A stretch of 64,000 nucleotides of DNA. Origin: Antedon mediterranea. Its lineage: Eukaryota; Animalia; Echinodermata. Below the pieces are notes generated by a model. That model was not told the origin of the DNA. It was given only the letters and a program-made list of their open reading frames with translations, and did not search any database. The position numbers and the translations under genes were made by a program. Location of the stretch: contig NC_092674.1 in the NCBI RefSeq assembly GCF_964355755.1, positions 31,837,199 through 31,901,198 on the forward strand. The letters run 5' to 3'. Of the stretch, positions 1 to 12,900 are shown one piece after another (the first letter of the stretch is position 1; each line of letters opens with the position of its first letter).

Positions 1-559
1 AACTAACATTTAATACAAAATGTTATGTTTTATCATTCTGTTGAGACATCTATCAATCATACACAATCAAAAGAGCACATCTATCATTACACAAGTTGAC
101 ATGCGTCAAAGGTCAACATTTGAACAAATGATATACTAAATAATTAAAGTTATTCAAACTATGAGATCGATGTTCATAAATTTAATCACGTTATTTGATC
201 AGTGAAGTTATGGTATTTTTATGTTTTTTCTAGTGCGCATTATTTTAAATGTATTAATATAATACTGTAAAATAAATAATAAAATTAATATTATGACGAT
301 TAAAATGTTATGATGTTAAAATGTTGCGCTATGACCAATGATTTGCCACTATACAGTTGCATTTATAAGGGCTACAATATTCGTTTTTGGAAAATAAACT
401 ATTCATCAGAACCAGAGAATACATATTCGTGCAGGATAGGGAAGGCAGATCCAGGTGGCCAAACTCAATCCACAACTCACTACACAGACAGACCCCTATT
501 TTTATATAGTTTGGCCCATACAGGAAAGAGTTTCCTGTATACAAGGATTCTAAAATAAC

Positions 560-1910
560 CCATATGGATTTGCCCGAATGAACCCTCTAAGGACCCTTTT
601 GGGATCTCTATGTGGTGTGCTTCTACATAAGGCCCTGTATTAGAAATTAGTATGGGGTAAATAGTTCATAGATGAACTATGGAATAAAACTAAATGTGCA
701 CCCTCAATCTTTAAATAACATTATTTATGGATTTGCCCAAATGGACCCAAGGCAGATTCTTCAGGGACCTTTCGGGGTTCTCTATGTGGGGCTACAAGAG
801 ACCCTATATTGGAAATAATGTATGTGGGGTGAAAATGTGGGTTCATAGAGATATAATAAATATCCCTGTGCACCCTCGATCATCCATAAGGAACATTTTA
901 TGGATTTGCCCAAATTAACCCAAGGGCCGGTCGTTCTCCATGGATGGACATTAAGCTCCATAATGGAAATATAAGGGTTGACACTGTGAGTTCATATAGA
1001 CAGGCGCGGCCCATGAATTAAGGTGCCTGTGCACTCTCGATCCTTAAGAAAAATTTATGGATTTGCTCAAATTAACCCAAGGGCCGGTCTTCCATGGACA
1101 TTAAGTCCCATAATGGAAATATAATGGGTGACACTGTGGGTTTATATAGACAGGCAGAACCATGGAATAAAGCTGCCTGTGCACTCTCGATCCTTAAGGA
1201 ACACTTATGGATTTGCCCAAATTAACCCAAGGGCCGGTCCTTCATGGATGGACATTAAGCCCCATAATGGAAATATAATGGGTGACACTGTGGGTTTATA
1301 AAGACAGGCACATGGAATAAAGCTGCCTGTGCACTCTCGATCCTTAAGGAACACTTATGGATTTGCCCAAATTAACCCCCAAAGGCCGGTCCTCCATGGA
1401 TGGACATTAAGCTCCATAATGGACATATAACGGGTGACACTGTGGGTTCATAATAGACAGGCGGGGCCTATGGAATAAAGCTGCCTTGCACTCTCGATCC
1501 TTAAGGAACACTTATGGATTTGCCCAAATTAACCCAAGGGCCGGTCATCCATGGACATTAAGCCTCATAATGGAAATATAGGTGGTGACAATGTGGGTTT
1601 ATATAGACAGGCACATGGAATAAAGCTGCCTGTGCACTCTCGATCCTTAAGGAACCGATTTGGATTTTGCCTAAAATGAAACAACAGCAGGTCATCTATT
1701 TAGACCCTTCTGTGGTTCTCTACTGTATGTTCAGTTCTACATTTGGCTCCTGTATCGGATCAATGCATTTGGCTACATAAGTTACTGTGTTACAAATATA
1801 TCGGGTAACTATAACTGTAGGTTCCAATATTAAGCCATGGGAAAAGCCTGTCTGTGCACCCTCAATCTTTTTAAAAGGAACCCATATGGATTTGCCAAAA
1901 TGAACCAACG
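560..1910. repeat. diverged minisatellite, ~150-170-bp unit, ~9 copies
   Basis: ATGGATTTGCCCAAA recurs near 564, 727, 899, 1057, 1207, 1357, 1514 and 1887. Confidence 0.85.
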
Positions 1911-2147
1911 GTAACTTCTGAATTCTCTATGAGCCGTAAATTTTGTTTATTGGAGATACATGGATACCTGATTGAAATTGCTCAAAAGAAAGACATTGTA
2001 CTGTATAGTAATAGTATTATTCCCCTTCCACACCTCTTTGTATTAAATCCGCCCTGATAGGCTCTTATGTACAGGATTTCAAGGCAATAATCACACTTGT
2101 ATTTTTCAAACAGTATAATCTATTAGATTGAATAAAAATATCTATTA

Positions 2148-2825
2148 TAAACAATTTGCCGTTAGAAATCTCTATGCCATGTCGTTATTTAGATGAGAAA
2201 AACAGGTCAAAGGTTAAAATTACAGAAAAATAGGTGTTTCAGTCACTTTTGAAAAAAATGTTGCATTATGGCAAGTATAAACATATATATTGTGAACAAT
2301 TTGACACCAAAATTGGCTCCTTACGACAAATATTTATTAATTTATGTTTTTATAACCTTATTCAATTATGTCAAAGGTTAATAACCACACTTCCGGTAAT
2401 TTTCAAGCAATATCAACTGTTATACTGAATATAAATGTATATCTTGGGAACAATTTGCTCCTATTTTTAATTCTCTCCGACCTGCCGTTACTTAGATATA
2501 GCAAAAAGAGGTCAAAGGTCAAAATTGCTAACAATGGGGTTTCCGGTCAATTTTTCAAAGAAAGTTCTGTTAGAGCTAATATAAACATATACATTGTGAA
2601 CAATTTGACACCAAAATTATCTCACTACGTCCAGAATTTCCAGAGATATAGCATGTTTTTATATTGGTCAATTTTGAACTTTGACCCCTTATATCTCGAA
2701 AACGCTTCCTATCCTGATCGATTACCTTCCATATTCGTAATCTACGGAAAATTCTGGTCTAGAAAAGTTGGATGGCAATTTGTCCCCTTTCTGGTGGTGA
2801 TATCCCCCCTCCTGCCACCGGACTA
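2148..2825. mobile_element. one end of a DNA transposon (Academ-like terminus ...CCACCGGACTA) with a diverged ~300-bp subterminal duplication
   Basis: Duplicated AGGTCAAAGGT and GTGAACAATTTGACACCAAAATT blocks; the other terminus was not found. Confidence 0.35.
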
Positions 2826-3008
2826 ATACCATTTTAATCTTCTTCGATTAATTCTTTTACTCTATTCTTCTTGTCTAATTGTGTGTCATTAGATATATTA
2901 ATTCTACATTGATCAGCTTTTGGCTACTCGGTTATACCAATACAAGATACAACCTCAAATTTGACACAAACACAAAACATGCAAGTATAATAATACCTAT
3001 AGTAATAC

Positions 3009-3229
3009 CTTAACCCATATAAAATTGTTCCATCGTAATGTAGCCGAATGAGGCGGTTTTTAACCGTTATATCATGCACGAAAGACCTTTTGTCATTTAC
3101 AAAGTATGTATCTGGAACCCATATATTATCTGCTTGTCTTCCATCCAGGGATATGTTGCCGAGCTCTTTTGTGTATTGTAGTCGTTTGTCTTGCCAGTAC
3201 TGTCGGAAGTACATTGTGATTGTATATTC
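3009..3229 (-). CDS. GABRB-like: beta-like subunit exon 4 (221 nt)
   Basis: tttacag acceptor, AG|GTATTA donor; WVPDTYF and [18 protein letters not shown]. Confidence 0.95.
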
Positions 3230-6200
3230 CTGTAAAAACAAAATATAACAAAATATAATTATGGTATTACTATGCAGTAGTAGTTTTATTAATTTTATTT
3301 AACCTTGTTTTATAGTATTAAAGGTGACCCAGAATAAAGCACAGCAAAATTACAGAAAAATACAGACAAAATTATACTATAGTATAATAACAATGTTAAA
3401 ACAATAAAGATTTCAGGGTATGAACATGTTATTTATTGTAGGGAAACAAAATAAATATGGTATTTAAGTTATTATTTATGTATTTTAGGTACCGTACTGC
3501 CTCTGGACGATCTGGAGCTCGTGGGTTCTAGTTATCAAGTTAGTGAGTGGGAATTACGCCAGAGTATAGGGCAAAACAGCAATTACTATCGCTCCATTTA
3601 TATTAATGAATACGTACCTCTATTTACATTTATTCAGTTAAGTATGTTTTTCATTATCCAAAATTATCTGTTATGTTAATTTTCCTTGTTGTGAATAATA
3701 ATGAATATGGTATTATTTCATGGTTATATACAAGGTAGTCGGCAATATAACTACAATTAAAAAAATTAATGTATGTACGGTATTCAAGGATCAATATTTT
3801 TAATTTGATATGTCTTGAACTGACAACATCGGGTAGCCTTACAGATTCTAAGGTTATAGTTTCATGTAACGCGACGCAAGTATAATTACGAAGATTCTCT
3901 CTGATTTGTTATTAATAACGTTATACTGTACATAATGCAGAAACGATGAAACTATCGTTCTTACCTCTAGTCACGTGCCTATGGGCGGCATAGATAACAC
4001 AGCTTAATATCACAGCGAAATACATTGGAAACAATATCTAATTCATATTGGTATGCAAATTCCGTTGATAGTACATCTTATCGGGTAATTATATGTAACC
4101 AATTATTCACCAAATCGATTATATTCAATTAAGTGCAGGATACTATAATCACTCCTAATGGTAATTTACTTGAATTGGTATCTACAATGAAAACCGCACC
4201 CTTACATCTCAATATTATTTAAATATTGGGCCACCCATCTTATGTAAACACGTGCTTTATGTAGTTCTATCAAAAATATCGATCTTTCACCCGATTCTTA
4301 CGGTCATATCATCAGCAGATTCTTAAACAACGATTGCGATTATGTCATTTTTATGCTAAATATAAATGATTTAAAGGTGTATTATCCCCTAAAATCAAGA
4401 AAAATGAAGATTATTAAAATCAAACTTTGAATAGGCCATTTTGTAGTTTTAACAAAAGTAATTACTTCCGTAGAAAAAAGATATTTTCTTATAAAATGAC
4501 AAAATAAATGGTCTAAATTCAACCAAAAACCTATTGGCTGGCAGCCAATTTTTCAGGTAAATAATTTTTTTTTCAATCCCATTTTTGGTCAAAGTGGATA
4601 ACTATTATGTGACATTAAAATGGTATATTCAACAACAAATATGTAGGCTAAAAAATTATTTTTCAGGGGGACAATACATATTTAAAACAAAAGTTTCTAC
4701 TTATATTTAAAAATTAAAAAAAACCAAATATAAAACGTCATGTGGCTCCAACATAAGGAATGGACATGAACTAATTATTAAAAAAAATAATTGGCAGAAG
4801 CCCTTTCGCAACACACAAATATTTGAGCCGATTTACAAGATGTTGCGGTAAAGACAAGATATTACCCGGGGCATGTTTGTACGAGAGCTGTAACTACAAT
4901 TTAACCGATGCAATATTAAGCCTGTATTGGGTTTCAAATCAATCGAAATGTTCTTCTAACGAAATACCGCTGGCGATAGTTGAGATGATCATACTTAGGT
5001 ATATATTGCTCGAACAATTTTGGTTGATAAAATGTTGAATAGTTACTATCCTTATACGAACATGTCGATGTATTTTTCTATTCAATATAGCATGTTATAC
5101 GTATAGTTATAATGATGATTAATGATAATTATGATAGGTATTATTACCGTCATGGTTATCATCTAAATAATTTAACACTACCACCTATGTCTTAATAGTG
5201 TAGGCTGGTATGTCGTTTATATGAATGTCGTGTATATTTTTTGTTAAAAGCAAACTTTGACTTTATTTCATATCTTGATAATATAAGGAATGAAAAAAAA
5301 TATGTTGCCATTTTTTCAAAAGACATTTAAAGGACCAAATTCAAGATGGCCACCAACATTCAAATAACCCTATTAAAAATCAGAATATCACCAATAATAC
5401 ATATTATGAATGTGGAAAAAGTCCGTTTTGATGGTATTACTGTAGCCATTATACAATCCTAACTGTGTAAAGTGATAATCTGTCGGCCATCTTGGATTTC
5501 AAAATGGCCACCACTAAAAATTAAATTCTTTAAATAATTTTTTTAAAATATGTGTGCATAAATTGTTGTTTGTACACAATGTTCTAAAATTGTCACTTCT
5601 CACAGGATTATAAATTGTAAATATAAATCTAAAGTTGTCAATGTCCTCTCTCTATATAACAGATATATAATACCCCACTATGACTATTAAATTAAGTAAT
5701 CGTTCAAAGTTGGAGTTGCAAAAGTATGGAACAAATTAACAATTTATATCAAATATTTAACAACAATTACGTCTAACTAGAGGGTTAGACCTCTAGTTCG
5801 TTCGCTCCCCTCTAGGAAGTGTAAACGAAGGTTCTCGGAAGGATAATGACTCGGGTAAAAAGGTTTTAGAAGGACGTTCTCCTTGTACATTTTCTGTCGG
5901 TTACCATTATTGAAAATGCTTGACATTCGAAAAACTAAACCTACTCTGTTTCACAGTGTCTTAGATGATTGATAACATTTTAAAGTATAGTGTTTATTGT
6001 TGTATAGGGCGGAGGTGGAGGCAGAGTTCATTTGAGGGAGATGCTTATTCGAGGGATTTTTTAGTTTTAATAATATCGTAACATTCATAATCAAATAAAA
6101 TCCTCTAATAGATATGAAAAGTGGTAAAAAATTATAACAAATGCTTGGTAAATTATAGTTAACAGTGTAATGAATTCTATTATAAATAGTATATACAATA

Positions 6201-9200
6201 TTGTAGGTATAATTAATGTGGATGGGCATTTATTAGATAGTTGGGTAGGTGAAGGGGAGGGGGGGGGGGGTGTAGGCGATTATTATTCAAAGTGATGTTT
6301 TATTGGGGAGGTGTTTATTCAAATAAATAACATCATAATACATTATTTAATTTAAACATCTTTTGAAACTAACTTCCGCGACAGTGTAGGCCGTTTCGGC
6401 CCAAGAAGGAAGATGTTTTAGACGGCTTGCAATATGGGCCCTAATGGGACACAGATAGCCTACAGTTATTCCTGCCAGCTTACTCAATAAAACTCGGCTA
6501 TCGGGATTTTATTTTTTAACTACTGTACCTTCACACGCGCGGTCCGATCCGAAAATAAAAAAAAAAATAAAATAGCTACTAACGACCAACTTAACTGAAA
6601 CCAGGTAGTTGCAAGGTGAACCTGTGAACTCATCGTGAACCCGGAAATTACTTTGACCGCGTACAATTGAAATTGAGTTGAAAATCTACCGATGAATCAG
6701 AAATTTTGTTTTAAAACTCTTTATAATTATATTCCTAAGATAGAAATATGGAACAATATCGTAATAGTGAAAACTGTTTTACATTTCGCGGTACACCTGA
6801 GATAGTTCAGGTAGGTATCCAAGGCAGAAATTTGTTCCAAAGTTTTTCCATTGTGCTCGCCTATGTCAGAATTAACCATAATTTATATATAGATTCTAAA
6901 TTACAGATCTCATTTCTTTTCATGAAACTGAAACTTGACAGGAGACAGGACCACAATATAAAACAAGTGCATTTATACCTTATTGTGAAATCCTGTATAA
7001 ATATGTTAAATAATAAATGCGTTATTGCTATGTAATTCAATGTCTGAACCTTCAGGGCCAGTATGGTTGGTAAGTTTTCAACCGGTCAACTTTTGGCAGA
7101 AGCTTGAAGGAAATACAGATACAGCTCTGCCTATAAATAACCTTGTAAATGAATGAATTCCTACTTCTCATCTTCTACAATCTCAACCAATTTCATTAGA
7201 TATGTACCCCCTACAGCATTATACACTGGTTTGATGAGTGCACATGGTTGTGGTATAAAAACTCATGTACTAAGGAAAGACAAGAATGCCTGGTGATGAC
7301 TCTTGCCCGAGATGAGTGGATTGTGAAAATAGTGTTGAGGCAAGTGCTTTTGTTGAAACTGAACTTGTATTACATATACAACCAGTGACACAAATATCTT
7401 AAATGGACAAAAGCACACTAATTCTGCTTTCTCTCTACAACTTGCTTCTACAAATGCAGACGGAAAAAGAGATTCTAAGTCAAGTATCATTTTGTTTGAA
7501 AGAGGCTGATCATAAAGATATTAATTTGAATACATACAGAGAGTCGACGAAATCTAAATGATGTGGTTAAACTATATCCCTATATATGTATATGAGAGGA
7601 CATATATGTGTGGGACTTGCTGGATTTACATCAATTGATCCAGGGTCTTTGAGCGTGGTATCATTGGAATAACACAAATTAATGATTTCATCAGAGCTGG
7701 TAAATCTAGTTAACATTTAAAGAGAGATGATATCCCGATTAATGAAGAATGCTGCAATTCGCACAAAGGTGTTTGTTGGCCATGGCATGATGAAATTGGA
7801 CAGAAAATGTTTGAGGCATTGGTAAAAGTCTTGTAGAAGGCAAACTGTCTATATGGGATCCTAAGAAAAAGACGAATATTGGCAAAAAATATATATGACG
7901 GTGAATACAGGTGACAAACTTATCAAAGTAAAAGAAGACTCCTATAGAGATTATTTGCCGGTGAAATGAGGTATTTCAGTTATTTTGCCAATTTGTTTCT
8001 GAACAAGGTTGTTAGGAACGCAGATCAGTCTGTGGAAGTTTGATGGATACAGTAGTAGAGAACGAAGGAAGGTCAACTTACTGTATCGCATTCAAGATTA
8101 GAAATATTTCATTGAAGGACTTTGGCAGAGTTAGTTGTCATTTAACTGAAAAAGTTTATGAGATGTTTTAATATGAAGAAGTGTACTGTCAGTACAGTAG
8201 ACCTCCTGATGGTCAACATTTTGTGTTGATCACCATGTTGTTGTCATAAGCATATCATTTTGTATATTTCAATCTAATTTTATTTAACTTATACAAGTTT
8301 TAATAAGAAATTTAACCCATTTTTAAAAAATGGCGGCCATTTTAAAATTCAAATTGGCCGCCATTTTGTGTTAATCACAAATTTTGTTGTCATAGGCCTA
8401 TCATTTTATGTGATTTCAATCAACGTCATAGCTTGCACATGTTTTAATAAGAAATTTAATCCATTTTTAAAAAATGGCGGCCATTTTGAAATTCAAAATG
8501 TCAGAATACTAATGAATATAGGTTTATAATAATTCTTATATAGCAGAGAACCCATATGAACTTAAAATATTATTCATAATGGGTGTTACTTTGTCCAATA
8601 TGGTACATTTATTGGATATTTTACGTATTGGCGGCCATCTTGGATTTGACACCCTTAAGCTTTTTTAAAAAAATGGCAACATATTTTTTTCATTACTTTA
8701 CATCCTAAAGACACTAAATCAGCTGGAATTTTGCTTTTAACAAAAAAATGACACGAAATTACATAGTGGCCTACACTATAAGCCTATATTGTTGGTTGAG
8801 AATTACTATAACTTCACTTTGTACTCAAACACATTTGTAGGCCTATTATAAAAAAACAGCAGTTCACTCATTTTGAATAAAGAGTATTAAACGATAAATT
8901 AATTAAACTAATCATGTCTCGCTTGTAATTGATAATTATTATAAAGGCGTGATATGACTAAATGACTCTGACTGAAGTGTCTCGTTACGGTACGTCGAAG
9001 AAAATAATTAACACAAATTGGATTGCATGTGTATAAGAATAAAATGTATTACCATATTGACTTCAGAGAAGCTATTGATACTGGCTATTTCCATATCGAC
9101 GCCAACCATAACCGCAGGACCTGTAAATAGATAATAATCTATTATTTCATTAGAAAATCTTCAGAAAATTATGAATCTTCTTCCGCTGAATTTCTAATAG

Positions 9201-9909
9201 TGGATTTAATAAATTTGTCTACTTATCTACATAAACAACGAAAATCAGCATGTGAGTATCGGCATTGCCTGATAAAGATAAAAAATCCCTTTTTCAAATC
9301 ATCAATCCTGCACTGATCTTTATTCAATAATATCAGAGAAACACAATTTAGGATTTAGCTAAAATAGTATAATTATTTATGTCAATATTAATATTAAAGT
9401 TAAGCTAATTTTTTTTCAAACTTTGGCTGGTTCCTTGAGATGTTTAAATATGTTATTACTGTCTTCTAGTGAATTTAAATTAATTACAATCGATCATAAT
9501 TGTCAGCAACATTATGTAATAAATGGTTCAACTTGGAACCATTTTATATATACGTCTTTTAGTTAATTGCTTTCCAAGATCCAATGTAAAAATACAATAT
9601 ATAATTATTTTAGTTGAGATTATAGGCCTATGCGTTTATGTGGTTTTCATGTCTTGATTTTATCTTGCCCGAGTCATGATTTTATTTTAGGTGGGTTAAA
9701 TTATGATTTTTATAAGATAACCGATCAGTTAATTGTATTTGAATAATAATAATAATACTGTTTGAGATGTTTATCAATATATTTTGATATTATTTATATA
9801 TTTATATATATAAACAAATCAGGCACAGAACATTAATTCTAAACCGCCCGGTGATATACTGAAATTTAATTAATTAATTTGAAACGATAAAGATGATGAA
9901 ATCTGTGAG

Positions 9910-9979
<70 letters not shown>

Positions 9980-12900
9980 CTAGTTTAATTATTTCTATAT
10001 TGTAAATATTCAAGATTAAATTCGATATTATTTTAAAACCCTATATGTGAGACCTTACTCCTTTAATAAGCGCAATAATGTGTCCTTTCCTGACCCGTTG
10101 GTGAAGAATTTAAAATAGCTATTTGTACTCATTATAACACAGAGTGTATTGCCCTCTACATGCCGAAAACTTCAGCTGTTGCTAGTGGAAAGTGGGGGGG
10201 CCTGGTAACGTCATATTGAAATGAATTTACTTGCTGAGATTACTAAACAGATGTATAAATTAATGAAGGTGCAAAATAAACACAGTAGTAACAGACTATT
10301 AGACTACCGTCACAGAGAGCTGTTTGAAATCGTCTAACTATCGCACTTTGGTGCACGTCTTTTCTGAACTCGTGTAAGTCGACATTGACAATGAAAGACC
10401 TACAAAAGCTTCCATTCAGCTTTAGAATTGATTGAACTTGTTTCTTTAGTAATCTATCCTTGTATTTGCACAGTACCGTGCATGTCAACATAAATGTCAG
10501 TATTGGTGATTTAGTTATGGCAAATAATGCAAGCAGTGGTAAATAATATTTTTAAAATCCCGTAAAGATACTTTATGAGTTCAATGTAAACTGAAAACAT
10601 GTTTTCCGTTGGCAATACTATTGTTGAGATACTATACACGATATAATTATATAAATTCAAACACAAATCGATCGTAGCTTGAAAGTATGATAATGTTATT
10701 AACTCCGTTAAGTAGTCTAATTTGTAAAATAGTTAATTATAGTAGTCAGTAATTACGGTACCCTTTGCTATCTTAGGTAGATTCTTGATCAGTTGATTTC
10801 AGCTATTATTACTGAAATACCATTGTATTAATAGATACTGTTAGTTACGATACGATATTATTTATGTCATTTTAACAACAAGGTACAAATGAAATTTGGT
10901 TGGTTTACATTTTGATTTACGTGCAATGTACAAAGAAAACAAAAAGCGTTTAACCAATGAATCTAAAGAGATCTGATGAACTTATACGTGTATAGAATTA
11001 TAAACCAATGATTGTCGGCAACGTTTAGTGTTTTTATTCATAGTGATAAGTCTACTTACCAGTTTGGCTAAGCTTAAAGATGTATTGTCCCTTGAAACAC
11101 AAAAAAATAAAGGTCAAAATATTTAAAATTTAAAGTGGCCATGTCAAAGAAATATTAAAGTTATTCACTTTAAGTCGAAAATTTGAGCCAAAAACAACAA
11201 GTTTACGTAATTAACAGGTAAATTAGTTTGATTACATTTCATCTGGAAAATCGTCACGAGCGAAAGTAAACAAAGATTTCAAACCATGAGTACGCATTAT
11301 GCATATGCTAAATTAGGATTGTTTACAACTCGTCACGGTTAAGAAGGTATTTTCACACAGATCACGAGGAAGTTTTATGATTATGCATACAGAGTAGCCA
11401 AACAAGCGCGTTTCATTATGGGATAGGCCTATGTTTTGATTGAAAACTTTGACTGGAAGTCAAAGTTATTTTTTTAACAAAAAAACGTCTGTATTTCAGT
11501 TAAATTTTTTTTTTTTCAAAACATTTTTGGTGATATTTAATAACTATTATGATACTTCAAAATTACCCACCTTTTTTCGAAATCTTTTATATTTTATTTT
11601 TTTGGAATTAGTCAAAGGGACAATACATCTTTAAAGAATTATTTAGATAATGTTATCCAAAGAATTACATATTATAAGCCCGAGAGCCACAAAATACAGT
11701 TTATTATAAGCATATTCACTGTATCATTGCGTAGTGCTTTGAAAATGTGGAAAATATGCCTACTGAGTTGAGTTGCTACGAGATGGCTACCATTTTATAA
11801 AAAATGTAGAATCGTGGAAAACAAGCACAAATTTACCCCAGGGATGACATTCAATTATAAAGAAAATGGAGTAAATATATGTTCCCCTTTCTTAATTGTA
11901 TTATATTACGTCAATATGTTCATCGACCTCTCTGTTAGCAATTATTGTAAATTATACTTATACACTTTCAAAGCTGGGGGTGCATGTTTGCTTCTCTACT
12001 CTTTTTAATCCAGATAATTGGTCAACCTGTCTTTAATATACACAATTAACTATTTATATAAGACATCTATAAAACAATACCAGCATGATAATAGTGTAGG
12101 TGTCATAAATACACATCCTTGTAACTTAAAGGCAGATCAATATTTAGGAAAAAATTCGAATAAGAACAAAATCAAATTCCATTTTTAGTATTCTTATATG
12201 AAATAAAAGCAAGATTTTATAGCTTACAATATATGCTGTAATATAATACCAGGGTTACCTAACCCTAACCCTAACCCTTACAATATATGCTGTAATATAA
12301 TACCAAACTAATATAGTTTATAGCTTACAATATATGCTGTAATATAATACCAAACTAATATAGTTTTTAAAATGTTAAATTTAACAGATATGCGTAATGA
12401 AACTTACAGCAGTAATCAATACAACGAAGCATGAGTGATAAATGTCCCAATATATTATGTATTCTAAACCGTAATATTGAAAAGCAATATTTCTATCATG
12501 AACTTAATTAATTTATGAACACTGCATTTCATTGAAATACAAAATTGAATAATAAATCTTGGTTTTATCAACCAGGAATTATTTAAACATTGTTTTTTTA
12601 TTATCGGTTATAATTCATTGCTTCGATAATTCAATGTCAACGTCTAGAGTTCATTCTTTGCGTGTATGCATTTTTTAAAAGGAGTCTTGTAGTTCATGCA
12701 TTTAAGCACCCTTCTTTTATTACGTCACGCTTCTATCCACTTTTCACGCAGAATATCACTCATGTATGATATTTACAAAAAAACATCGTGGTGTGATTCG
12801 ACATGGTCAACTGGTGTGTGTGTGAATTTTTTTCTTAGTATCGAAATAAACAATATACTAGTAAACACAATGTGTAATCTTAAAACAATATACTAGTAAA

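Noticed and set aside
2368-2826. 152-aa ORF
   Set aside because: Lies in a transposon subterminal repeat, antisense to the beta-like intron, with no recognisable domain
1-3008. Searched for the 83-nt Cys-loop exon 5 of the beta-like gene
   Set aside because: No C-x13-C exon was found on the minus strand; the region is minisatellite and transposon remnant, so the exon presumably lies left of the window
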